From Methanobacteriota archaeon (GTDB lineage: Archaea; Methanobacteriota; Methanobacteria; Methanobacteriales; Methanobacteriaceae), in contig CAWBCJ010000010.1 in the NCBI GenBank assembly GCA_963787255.1, forward strand, positions 32,001 to 96,000: 64,000 bases of DNA. The letters are read 5' to 3'. Numbering within the stretch: position 1 is the first letter of the stretch; each line of letters begins with the position of its first letter. The notes beneath the pieces were generated by a model. That model did no database searches and was not told the DNA's origin. It saw only the letters and a list, made by a program, of their open reading frames with translations. This document shows positions 1 to 10,118 of this stretch, one piece after another. The translations under genes and the position numbers were made by a program.

Positions 1-1166
1 ATTGAATATTTAACGCCATCACGAAGCTTAGCACCACACTTAACACATTTATATCCCTTATTACTCCCTGCAGATTTCATGCGCTTCCCGCACTTGCAAA
101 TAGGATTATTAATCTCCTTGATTTTTGCAAGCTCTAAAATCTTTATCTTTTCTATGTTAAGTGTTCCCTTATCACCAATACCTCCAAAAACCCTTAATTT
201 ATCTCCAGGAGCTAATTTCCTAACTATATCCCTAAATTCTTTTGTAGGTTCATAGGCAGCGCAGTGAATCTCGCCGGATTCATCCTTTAAAATAAATATA
301 ACATGGCCTCCTTCAAAAGTAAAAGGATAAACTTTCACAGTTCCATCAACAATATAACATTTAAATTTCTCCATTTTAGAAATACTACATGCTTTTACAA
401 GATGCATGTCAGTGTGCTGATTTGTTTGGAAAACTGCGGATTTTTCAATTGGTTCGCACACTTTAACCATTTTTCCTGCATTTAAAACAGCTTCAGGGCT
501 TTCACCACGTATTCCATAAAGTATTGGACAAGGAGTATGAGGTTCTATCGCAATGTAACTGCTATCACTGTCAACATTGTCAAATGTTTCAGGGTAAGTG
601 GCATTATTCATCTCGAAAACAGAATCATAATTAATCAACCGTTTTTTACCGTAATTTTCAGGCATTCTATAAACCAGAAGTTCGTAAGTTTTATCATAAT
701 CCGGACATCCAATAGCAGCAAGTGCACCAATTATGCCTCTTCCTTTTTTGAATTTGAAAAAATCTGCCCCAATCTCTCGAGCAAACTCTTCAGCATCATC
801 AATTGATATTATATTCCTTATAACATTCAAAGAATAAGATTTAAGATTATCAGTAATTTCACCACAATAAAAAACCACTCCCGGATTGGTCCTATCATCC
901 TCCAATTCTGAAAGTTCTTCAACTTTTTTTAAAACGATATCTTTAACTTTTTGAACTTCATTATCATCTTTAACCTTTAATTTAAATGACAGTGCCCCAT
1001 TTCCACGTGTTTTAAATCTTGCAAATGGATTTAAACGTATTAAACGAGGATAACCAACCACATTAAAACCAAAATATTTAAGTTCATCAATTATAACACT
1101 ACATATATATGTGGTGCACATTCCATTCATGGAGTCAGTATCATCTATACCAATATACATATACAT
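1..1166 (-). CDS. tiaS: tRNA(Ile2) agmatinylcytidine synthetase (3' end runs off window)
   Basis: Manual translation from ATG 1166 (SD GGTGA): MYMYIGIDDTDS..GMCTT..PRLIRLNP..KTRGNGA; C-terminal Zn ribbon NPICKCGKRMKSAG..GYKCVKCG. Confidence 0.92.
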   Translation of the reverse strand, partial: MYMYIGIDDTDSMNGMCTTYICSVIIDELKYFGFNVVGYPRLIRLNPFARFKTRGNGALSFKLKVKDDNEVQKVKDIVLKKVEELSELEDDRTNPGVVFYCGEITDNLKSYSLNVIRNIISIDDAEEFAREIGADFFKFKKGRGIIGALAAIGCPDYDKTYELLVYRMPENYGKKRLINYDSVFEMNNATYPETFDNVDSDSSYIAIEPHTPCPILYGIRGESPEAVLNAGKMVKVCEPIEKSAVFQTNQHTDMHLVKACSISKMEKFKCYIVDGTVKVYPFTFEGGHVIFILKDESGEIHCAAYEPTKEFRDIVRKLAPGDKLRVFGGIGDKGTLNIEKIKILELAKIKEINNPICKCGKRMKSAGSNKGYKCVKCGAKLRDGVKYS

Positions 1167-1206
1167 CAAATTCACCCAAAATCACAAAATTTAACTGGTG
1201 ATCTTC

Positions 1207-2154
1207 ATGGAAAGAGATCATGTCTTAAGAGAAATAAACGAGCTTCTAGCAAACCATAGTTTTGAAACTTCTCATATATATGATAGAAGTTGCTTTGATA
1301 TGGTTGCTCGAAAAAGATTGTTGCTTCTATTACTTAAAGTTTTAATAAATATAGATGGATTTACAGGACAGCAGGCAGAAGAAATAAAGAAATTATCAAG
1401 CACTTTCCTCGCTTCACCACTTGTTATAGGTGTAAAATCTAAACACGAATACTTAGAAGAGGATGTTGTCTATGAAAGGCATGGAATACCGGTAATTGCC
1501 CCTGAAACACTGCGAAACATCATTGTTGAAGAAGTATATCCTGAAGTATTTGCAGACCGCGGCGGCTACTTCGTGGAAGTAGATGGAGATGCCATAAAAG
1601 AAGCCAGAGAAAGAGGAAATCTCTCACTTAAAGAATTAGCCAACCAAGCACACGTTTCCCGCGAAACCATATATAAATATGAGCATGGCATGGTTAGGGC
1701 ATGCCCCGAAACGGTAATAACCCTCGAAAGCATTTTAAACATGAAAATCACACTTTCAGTTGATATTTTAAAAATTCCAGAATCAGAAAACGTTAAAATG
1801 GCAGAGAATACCCCAAAAGAATTGTCAAAGCTCGGATTTGGAGTAATCCCTACCAACAAAACACCATTTGATGCTATTGCCAAGCCAGATCCTCAATTAA
1901 AAGAATTGAAGAAAAATATTGCCATGATAACCAACATGGAAAAAAATAGAAACCAGAGAATTCTAAAGAAAATGGCAATAAATGTTAAAGACCTTTCTGG
2001 AGTGACAGGAACAGAAGCTGTATTTATATTCGAACATAAAAAAAATCTGGAATGTATCGAAGGCGTTCCTGTAGTCCACAACTGGGAAATAGGGGAAATG
2101 GAAAGTTCAAGAGAATTTTTAAAGGTTATTAAAGAACGTAAAGAATGCAGCTAA
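1207..2154 (+). CDS. Archaeal XRE-HTH transcriptional regulator (PRK04140-like)
   Basis: Central cro/XRE HTH (IKEARERGNLSLKELANQAHVSRETIYKYEHG), FADRGG motif; SD GGTGA before ATG 1207. Confidence 0.8.
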   Translation: MERDHVLREINELLANHSFETSHIYDRSCFDMVARKRLLLLLLKVLINIDGFTGQQAEEIKKLSSTFLASPLVIGVKSKHEYLEEDVVYERHGIPVIAPETLRNIIVEEVYPEVFADRGGYFVEVDGDAIKEARERGNLSLKELANQAHVSRETIYKYEHGMVRACPETVITLESILNMKITLSVDILKIPESENVKMAENTPKELSKLGFGVIPTNKTPFDAIAKPDPQLKELKKNIAMITNMEKNRNQRILKKMAINVKDLSGVTGTEAVFIFEHKKNLECIEGVPVVHNWEIGEMESSREFLKVIKERKECS

Positions 2155-2280
2155 CAACCTTTTTTCGGAGGAAAAAAAGTCCTCAAAATCTATGATTTGG
2201 AAACACCAAATAATTCTTTGAATTTTTGAGCGATTGATCAAAAAAAATCCTCGCGAAAAAAAAACTTGTTTTATCGCTGC
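2154..2280. repeat. Intergenic multi-hairpin repeat element, copy B
   Basis: Colinear with 8490-8683: ACAACC-CTTTTTTC..AAAAAAAG.CCT.AAA..CACC..GA.CAAAAAAATCCTCGC..CGCTGC. Confidence 0.7.
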
Positions 2281-2333
2281 ATATGAATAATTACTATTTT
2301 TTTTAATTTAATAAAATATAATCAAAAAATAAC

Positions 2334-3083
2334 TTACTTACTGGCAAGCAAATTAAATGTTTCATCTGCTTCAGCCTCAGATGCAATGCCTACGGTCATT
2401 AAATCAACGTAATCTAATGTTTTTAGATAATCAAAAGCATCATTAGGAGTTAGTATTCCTGCAGCCATAGTTTTCTTAGCAATAATTTTTTTATCTATAT
2501 TTTTTATTAAATCACGGAGTTCAGAACGTTCCTTATCCATGAATACATCAGTATCCATAAGATAACCTGTTTTATTTACAGGAACCATATACATCTCAAA
2601 TAAATTAAGTATAGGTGACTCAATAAGACTTTTTGTGGTATTAAACGGTCTATGTGTTACAAGGCCGGAAATTGCACCTGTTTGATTGATATCATCAAGC
2701 TTTCTTGCTAAAAAATCATAATCTAACTGGTCGGTTACTGCACCGTGAATAAGCATAGAACTTGCTTCAAGTTCATTTAAAAGATCAATATCATCATTTT
2801 CACATTCAGGTCTTACTGTACCAACAATATTAAGCTCACAACCTTCTTCTACGGCCCATTTAAGCGCTTTAACTACAGGTTCGTATGGTACAAGCTGAAT
2901 ACCAGTAATTCCTAGTTCATATGACTTTTTAATTATTTTTGTTATGTTTTCAGGTTGATTATATAGATCCAGCTGGTATAATCTTGCCCTATGCCCAAAT
3001 TGAGCAGCGCCTATAAAGGGTGAGGTTCCAAGAAGCGTTCTTGGTATCTCAGTGTCTTTAATTTTAATATTTCCTTCAAACAT
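2334..3083 (-). CDS. Conserved methanogen hypothetical protein, aldo/keto-reductase-like TIM barrel
   Basis: 249 aa ORF; LLGTSPF, IAKKTMAAG, MTVGIAS motifs resemble the AKR-like fold. Confidence 0.5.
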   Translation of the reverse strand: MFEGNIKIKDTEIPRTLLGTSPFIGAAQFGHRARLYQLDLYNQPENITKIIKKSYELGITGIQLVPYEPVVKALKWAVEEGCELNIVGTVRPECENDDIDLLNELEASSMLIHGAVTDQLDYDFLARKLDDINQTGAISGLVTHRPFNTTKSLIESPILNLFEMYMVPVNKTGYLMDTDVFMDKERSELRDLIKNIDKKIIAKKTMAAGILTPNDAFDYLKTLDYVDLMTVGIASEAEADETFNLLASK

Positions 3084-3100
3084 CTTTTTTTATCCCGAAT

Positions 3101-3436
3101 TTATTCCTTTTCCACTTTAACTGCAGTACCGTAGGCTAAAATTTCCTGCATAATGTCTGATATGTCGTTTGAATCAAAACGGACACTTATTACAGCGTTA
3201 GCACCCATTGACTGGGCATGTTCTACCATTCTGTTAAGTGCCTCGTCTCTGGATTGTTCCATCATTTTGACATATTCTTTAATTTCCCCACCGAACATGG
3301 AACGTATTCCTGCACCTATTTGACCACCTAAACCTCTACTTCTTACAGTTAACCCATATACAAAGCCGAGAGTCTCAAATGCCTTGTATCCTGGCACGTA
3401 ATTAGAACTAACAACAATGAATTCATCTATTTTCAT
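3101..3436 (-). CDS. YbjQ/UPF0145 family protein
   Basis: GGEIKEY..SRDEAL.RM..A...GANAVISVRFD..AYGTAV signature. Confidence 0.9.
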   Translation of the reverse strand: MKIDEFIVVSSNYVPGYKAFETLGFVYGLTVRSRGLGGQIGAGIRSMFGGEIKEYVKMMEQSRDEALNRMVEHAQSMGANAVISVRFDSNDISDIMQEILAYGTAVKVEKE

Positions 3437-3485
3437 ATCAATGCCTCCATACTAAATGATATGGTACTAGCTATTTACCCAATCC

Positions 3486-4987
3486 CTAAAATAGTTTTTG
3501 AATATCCTTAAACTGTTCTCCCATCCATTTATATACATCATATTGACGAATAATCTCTTTAAGTCCATTTAAACGTTTTTCACGCTCTTCTTGCTCCATT
3601 GTAATTGCTTTATAAATAGCTTCAGCTGTTTGGGAAATATCCAGTGCATTTATATTAATGGAGTATTCTTTAAGTTCTTCATAGGCTCCAGTGGTTTCAG
3701 ATATAATTAAAACACCGTTATTTTCATTTAAAATGCTTCCTTCCTTAGGAACGATATTCATTCCATCATGAATTGAATTTACCAAAAGACAATCGTAATT
3801 TTTAAGTGCAGCAGTTACAAGTGAATATTCGGCATTAAAATGAGGTACTATTGGTTTCCAAACATTATTGGAGTATTTTTCATTAATTTCACTAATTATA
3901 TCATTCACTTTTACCTTATAATCTCTGTATTCCTTCACATTTTCCCTGGTTGATATTCCAGTCACGAAAAATGTAACTTTTCCTTGAAATTCAGGGTGTT
4001 TTTGAAAGAAAAGATCGTAGGCCTTAAAACCTCTTACAATATTTTTACTGGGATCTGTTCGCTCAGTTCTGTAGATTAAAAAATTATTTCCTTTAAGTTT
4101 CTTTACATATTGCTCATGTTTTAAAACTTCGTCAGATCTTGCAAGTTTATTTAGTCTTGCAGCATCAACTGAGATGGGATAATTCTTTACAAAGATTTCA
4201 CGTCCATCATAATGCACGATGTTCTTTTTAAAATCTACTTCATCAGCATATTCTTCACATATCATTAAAAAATTCTTAACATATTTTTCTATGTGAAAGC
4301 CAATGATATCATTAGATAATAATCCTTTAATAATGGCTTCCTGCATGTATTCTGGTAAAATGCTGAAATATTCGGATTGGGGCCAGGGGATGTGTATAAA
4401 CTGGCTTAAAAACACATCTTCAAATTGTTCCCTAATATATCCCGGGCAGGTCTCTAAATGATAATCTTGGATCATGATTAGAGATTCATTTTCTGCTGAT
4501 TTTATCTCTTCAACTATTTTATCTGCAAATTCCTTGTTTACATATTCATAACTAAGCCAAGCTTGATGTGCATCGTCGTTAATTTGGGGTTTATCATCCA
4601 AATCCCACAGTTGATGATGCATAAACCAGAGAATGGAATTGCTAAATGTATTGTAAAATTCATTATATTTTTTTTTATCTAATATTATTAAAGGAACATG
4701 AAATTTGGGATTTTTCAGTGGAACTGGTATTTTATTTTTTGGGTATTTAGATGCCATTTCAATATCTGCGCTTCGTTCATGGCGCTTGCAATCCATGTAC
4801 CGCCAACGTTCTCTAAAACGGGAACTAGTGTGGGTACTATTCCTCCTGCGCCTGTTTTCATCCCTATTTTACCATTATCTTCATAAAAAAACTCTATTGG
4901 TCCTCGATTAGATGCCACGATTAAAGTTTTATCATTTAAAAAAATTTCTAATTGATTCATAGAGGTTTGAATTTGTATTTCCCCCAT
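3486..4987 (-). CDS. otsA: Trehalose-6-phosphate synthase-like GT20, copy 2; split by a 2-nt insertion near 4768
   Basis: ORFs 4715..4987 and 3486..4796 join on removing one GC from GAAGCGCAGAT; motifs IVASNRGP, QDYHL, FIHIPWP, DGMN. Confidence 0.8.
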
Positions 4988-5223
4988 AATTTTTATTATT
5001 ATTTCTTATTTTATTATTATATGTTCTAATGGGATTTAAATTTGTATTGCTATATGGGGTTTTAACTGATTAAAAAGTAAATATGATGCTATGTCAATTT
5101 AGATTATAAAAAAAAATTGAATATCAACAAAAATGAAGTAATTTACTTACATATTATTATATAATCTTAAGTGAAATCAAACCACAGTAATTTTGGAAAC
5201 TTCCAGCTAAATATATTTTTAAT

Positions 5224-6714
5224 TTAAAAAAGCTGTTTAATATCTTTGAACTGTTCCTGCATCCAGATGTACACATTTCTTTCTTGAACTGTCTTTTTTA
5301 ATCCTTTAATAAGCCTTGCTCTTTCTTCCTGGCTCATACAAATGGCTCTGTATATTGCATCAGCTGTTTGGGTTATATCATAGGCATTTACAATAATTGA
5401 ATTGTCTTCAAGTTCTTCGTATGAGCCAGCGCCGTTGGACATTATTAAAATGCCGTTATTTTCGTTAACGACTGGTCCTTCTTTTGCCACGATATTCATA
5501 CCATCTACGATCGGATTAACGAGCAAACAGTCATAATGCTTAAATGCGGCAGTTACAAGGTTATAATCTGCCTTAAAAACCTGTTCTATGGGTTTCCACC
5601 CGCCTTTTGTAAACCTTTCATTTATTGAATCAATTATTTTGTAAGTTTCATCTTTATAATTGCAGTATTCCTTTATTTGCTGTCTTGTAGGCATTCCAGT
5701 TGATAGGAATTTGACTTTACCATGGAACTCGGGATGTTTTTCTAAAAATAGTTCATAGGCCATGAATCCTCTAATAATGTTTTTACTTAGGTCGGCCCTG
5801 TCAGTTCTGTAAATTAAAAAGCATTTTCCTTTAATTTTTTTAATTAAATTCTCTTTTTTAAGTACTTCACTGCTTTTTGCATTTCCAAGAAGCTTTTTAT
5901 CATCAACTGATATTGGATAGTGCTTCACATAAGTAACACGTCCGTCATGATGTATCAAATCATTGTCATAGTCTACTTTGTCTACATAGGGCTCGCAAGT
6001 ATATAGAAAATTCCTTGCATATTTTTCTATGTGAAATCCAATGATATCGTTGGATAATAAACCCTTAATAATGGCATCTTGCATGTATTCTGGTAAAATG
6101 CTGAAATATTCTGATTGGGGCCAGGGAATATGTATAAAATGACTTAAAAAAGTGTCATCAAGCTTTTCTCTAATAAATCGGGGACAGGTATAAAGGTGAT
6201 AATCCTGAAGCATTATAAGTGGATGTTTTTCGCTGTTTTTAGCTTCTTCTATTATTTTTTCTGCAAAAACTTTATTTACGTACACATAACTATCATGCCA
6301 TGCTTTATGGATTTTATCGTCAATCACAGGTACATATGGTGTGTTCCACATGTAATGCTGGACAAACCAGAGAAGTGGATTGCTTATAACGCTGTAATAA
6401 TCTTTATATATCTCTTCATCCACGACGACAAAAGAAACGCAGAATTCAGGGTTTTCTTCAGGAATTGGTACGATGCACTTCTTATGTTCTGCTGCGACTT
6501 TTCTATCACCTTCTGTCATGGCGCTTGCAACCCATGTTCCTTTAACTTCAGCCATAAATGGAAGTAAAGTGGATACAAGGCCTCCTGCACCTCTTTTCAT
6601 TTCAATTTCTCCATTTTTGACATGAAATTCAACAGGACCTCTGTTAGATGCTACAATTAAGTTTTTGTCCTTTAAAAACCTTTCTATTGCTTCACGAGTT
6701 TCATTTTGTGAAAT
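5224..6714 (-). CDS. otsA: Trehalose-6-phosphate synthase-like GT20, copy 1 (probable ATT start)
   Basis: IVASNRGP, AGGLV, QDYHL, HIPWP, RTDRADLSKN, DGMN motifs; SD GGAGGG 6 nt before ATT 6714. Confidence 0.85.
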   Translation of the reverse strand: MSQNETREAIERFLKDKNLIVASNRGPVEFHVKNGEIEMKRGAGGLVSTLLPFMAEVKGTWVASAMTEGDRKVAAEHKKCIVPIPEENPEFCVSFVVVDEEIYKDYYSVISNPLLWFVQHYMWNTPYVPVIDDKIHKAWHDSYVYVNKVFAEKIIEEAKNSEKHPLIMLQDYHLYTCPRFIREKLDDTFLSHFIHIPWPQSEYFSILPEYMQDAIIKGLLSNDIIGFHIEKYARNFLYTCEPYVDKVDYDNDLIHHDGRVTYVKHYPISVDDKKLLGNAKSSEVLKKENLIKKIKGKCFLIYRTDRADLSKNIIRGFMAYELFLEKHPEFHGKVKFLSTGMPTRQQIKEYCNYKDETYKIIDSINERFTKGGWKPIEQVFKADYNLVTAAFKHYDCLLVNPIVDGMNIVAKEGPVVNENNGILIMSNGAGSYEELEDNSIIVNAYDITQTADAIYRAICMSQEERARLIKGLKKTVQERNVYIWMQEQFKDIKQLF

Positions 6715-6908
6715 TTTAAACCCTCCAATTAATAATATTTTAAACTTTATTATTATAATATATAGCAACAGATTTAAATTTATTTTCAAAAATAATCTAA
6801 TTGAGGAATTCAATAATTTAAAATAGTTTAAAATTATTCAATTAATATATAATGTAAAAGCAATTCCATTGATTTTAAATTATTAATAGAAATGAGGCTG
6901 GTGAAAAA

Positions 6909-8489
6909 ATGGATCAAAAGAAAGTAATTATAGCTGATCAAATTAACGAAAAAGGGATTAAAGAGCTTGAAGATGTTGCAGAAGTAGTAGTGGATACTGC
7001 AATAACACAAGAAGAGCTTATTAACAAAATTAAAGATTTCGATGCCATTATTGTAAGAAGTAGGACCAAAGTGACCCGTGAAGTAATAGAGGCCGCAGAT
7101 AAACTTAAAATAATAGCAAGGGCGGGTGTAGGTGTTGACAACGTTGATGTTGAAGCAGCCACCGAAAGAGGAATAATGGTAGTAAATGCACCTGAATCAA
7201 CATCCGTAACTGTTGCAGAACACACAATGGGACTTATAATGGCGCTTGCAAGGAAGATTTCAATTGCAGATAAATCTGTAAAGGAAGGAAAATGGGAAAA
7301 AAGCAGATTTATGGGAATAGAACTTGCTGGAAAAACCCTTGGTATTATAGGTATGGGTAGAATCGGCAGTCAGGTAGCAAAAAGATGCCAGGCATTTGAT
7401 ATGGATGTATTAGTTAACGATCCTTACATAACCGAAGAAGTTGCTTCAAAAATAGGAGCAAGAGTTGTAGATAAAGAAACACTGCTTAAAAATTCCGATG
7501 TAATAACTATTCACGTTCCATTAACTCCAGAGACCAAACATTCCATATCTCGGAAAGAATTTGATCTCATGAAGGAAAGCGCGTTTATAATAAACTGTGC
7601 TCGAGGAGGCATCATTAAAGAAGATGACCTTTATGAAGCACTTAAATCTGGTAAAATTGGAGGTGCAGGATTGGATGTGTTTGAAAACGAACCTCCAGAA
7701 GGTAGTCCTTTATTAGAACTTGATAATTTAGTTGCAACTCCACATATTGGTGCATCTACTAAAGAAGCACAGAGTGGTGCTGCAATAATAGTTGCCAACG
7801 AAGTTAAGAAAGTATTCCTGGGTGAAGCTCCTAAAAATGTTTTAAACATGCCAGTTTTAGATCCAGAAACATTCCAGGCCATAAAACCATATTTAACTCT
7901 TGCTGAGAAATTAGCTGATTTCCTTATTCAGGCTGCCAAAGGAAACATCACTGAAGTGGACATTACTTATTGCGGAGAATTAGCGGAATTTCCGAGAATA
8001 GACGTGTTTAACAGGGTTGTGATGAAAGAAATGCTTAATTCCATACTTACTGAGCCAGTAAACATGGTAAATGCCCCTACAATTGCTAAAAGAAGAGGTA
8101 TTGTAATAACTGAAAGTAAGAGAAGTGAAGCAGAAGGATACAAAAGCCTGATTAAAGTTAAAATAAAGAGCGAAGAAGGCGAAATAAGCATTGAAGGTAC
8201 TGCTACAAAAGAACCTAGAATAGTAAGAATCGATGAATACTGGGTTAACGTAAAACCAAAAGGAACAATGGTTATTGCAAGGTATAAAGATATACCTGGA
8301 AGTATAGGTACCATTGGAACAAAACTGGGAGAACATGGAATAAACATAGCTAAAATGCAGGTTGGAAGGGAAGCACCTGGTGAAGAAGCTGTAATGGTTG
8401 TAACAGTCGACCAGAAAGTTCCAGAAGATGTTATAGATGAGATCAGAGAATTAGGTCATGTTTATGACGCTGTTTATGTTCAGTTATGA
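6909..8489 (+). CDS. serA: D-3-phosphoglycerate dehydrogenase
   Basis: [30 protein letters not shown]; C-terminal ASB and ACT domains. Confidence 0.96.
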   Translation: MDQKKVIIADQINEKGIKELEDVAEVVVDTAITQEELINKIKDFDAIIVRSRTKVTREVIEAADKLKIIARAGVGVDNVDVEAATERGIMVVNAPESTSVTVAEHTMGLIMALARKISIADKSVKEGKWEKSRFMGIELAGKTLGIIGMGRIGSQVAKRCQAFDMDVLVNDPYITEEVASKIGARVVDKETLLKNSDVITIHVPLTPETKHSISRKEFDLMKESAFIINCARGGIIKEDDLYEALKSGKIGGAGLDVFENEPPEGSPLLELDNLVATPHIGASTKEAQSGAAIIVANEVKKVFLGEAPKNVLNMPVLDPETFQAIKPYLTLAEKLADFLIQAAKGNITEVDITYCGELAEFPRIDVFNRVVMKEMLNSILTEPVNMVNAPTIAKRRGIVITESKRSEAEGYKSLIKVKIKSEEGEISIEGTATKEPRIVRIDEYWVNVKPKGTMVIARYKDIPGSIGTIGTKLGEHGINIAKMQVGREAPGEEAVMVVTVDQKVPEDVIDEIRELGHVYDAVYVQL

Positions 8490-8683
8490 ACAACCCGGCA
8501 AAAATTTCATTTTTGCGGTCCTCGAAAACTTCGTTTTCGGGAAATAGAAATTATAAATTTCGAATGCCGCGAATCGGAGATTCGCCGGCTTTTTTCAAAA
8601 AAAGCCCTTAAACCCAAAGCGTTTGGGGCACCGAAAATCTTCGATTTTCGAGTGCTGGACCAAAAAAATCCTCGCTACGCTGC
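8490..8683. repeat. Intergenic multi-hairpin repeat element, copy A (seven short-loop hairpins)
   Basis: GCAAAAAT-TTC-ATTTTTGC, CGAAAAC-TTC-GTTTTCG, GAAATT-ATA-AATTTC, GCGAATC-GGA-GATTCGC, GGCTTTTT-TCAA-AAAAAGCC, CCCAAA-GCG-TTTGGG, CGAAAATC-TTC-GATTTTCG. Confidence 0.85.
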
Positions 8684-8774
8684 GGAAGTATATATTTATT
8701 AATTACAAAAAAAAAATCTGTAATTTCAAAAAATATTCCGGAGTTTTTAAAGTATAGGATTTTTTAATATTTTT

Positions 8775-9560
8775 TCATTTCTTCAATTCTTTTATTTTTG
8801 CTTCAGCGGGAGAGATTACCTTTTCTTTAAAATTCTGGAGTAAATCTTCAATATTATTATAATTATATGTATTAAGGACCCAAGGATAGATTTTAAAATC
8901 ATTAAACATTCCATATTCACTTTCTGAACTGTATAGCAAAGGCTGAACTGGTATTTTATTTGTTGGAATTATTGCTTGCAATTCATGGGGAACACTTTTT
9001 GGATCTGTAATATCTACAATGATGAATTTAGACATTTTAGCTAATAATGTAACTGTTTCTGTGAAATCTCGGCTTAATGGTCTATTAAAATCAAATAAAA
9101 CTGGTAAATAGTCATATTTTCTTAATTCATTTTTTATTGAATCCAGTATTATCTTTCTGGTAGGTGTAAAACGACCTAAAATAAGTACAACTTTAGAAGT
9201 AATCGTATCAATAACATGACGGATTTTGTTGCTATGAATCAACATATAAATAAACTGTGCTACTTCAATGTTATCTACAGTTATATAATAGACTCTCCTT
9301 CACGAGTAATTATCAAATTAGATTGATTTGAGCCTTTTAAATTAAGATGCCCATGCAGAAATGCCATAAATGTAACAATTTTCTATATTAGTTTTTCAAA
9401 ATTAGTCTCAACTAAATGAGTATTCATAAGATTTGTATTGTTAATTTTCGCTCCAATAAAACTTGCCCTACTTAAATTAGCTTTTTCAAAATTGACTCCC
9501 TCAATGATGGTAATTATTTAGATTAGCACCTCTAGAGATCAGCATTTTCAAAATGTACTT
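8775..9560 (-). pseudogene. Pentapeptide-repeat protein with C-terminal Rossmann-like (KVVLILGRF) domain; 5'-truncated, multiple frameshifts
   Basis: Frame-broken upstream segments read FENADL/RGANL/VNFEKANLSRASFIGAKINNTNL/CYIYGISAW/TVDNIEVAQFIY and lead into ORF 8775..9245. Confidence 0.7.
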
Positions 9561-9617
9561 CTAGCTTCTTGAAGTGAACTTTGATCAATATTTACAAAAG
9601 AATATACAAATAAATTC

Positions 9618-10048
9618 TTATATTATTTTAAAATCCACTATATTCCCGAAACTGTCGTAAGCTATTATGCTTTCTATATCATAGGGTCTCGGCGATTATC
9701 ATGTGAAAAATCCCTTTTTTTGAAAAAAAGTGTAAATCTGCAGTCTGAAGGGCTTGCACTGTAACCTGGATGGCTGTGAACTGATCCAATTGAGTTAGTG
9801 GTAAGCGGCTGCATGAAAACCTGCATTACTGCACCTTCATTTGAAGTTTCAGCTGGAAGAAAGATTAAACCAGTTATTCGAAGTATATGTGCCTCGATTT
9901 TACCTTCTAAAAGAGCCATGAACTCATTTGGATAAGCTTCCCTTGCAATATTCATTATTTCTTCTACTACTTCTCTATCAATGTGTACTTCTTCAATTTC
10001 CTGTTTTGAAGTTCCTAAAATCTTTCCTAGAATGTTGTTTAGTTTCAT
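9618..10048 (-). CDS. JAB/MPN (Mov34) metalloprotease; two +1 insertions near 9745 and 9687
   Basis: YPNE, SVHSHPG..SPSxAD JAMM motif; the corrected frame continues ADLHFFSKKGIFHMII to TAA at 9618. Confidence 0.8.
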
Positions 10049-10118
10049 TTTATCATTTAAACATGAATTTAATATTATTCAAATCTAAAAAAATTAGATA
10101 ATTTACAGTTATATTTAA

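Noticed and set aside
8490-8683. CRISPR array or simple terminator
   Set aside because: There are no identical repeats with regular spacers and no cas genes; seven hairpins is far more than a terminator needs.
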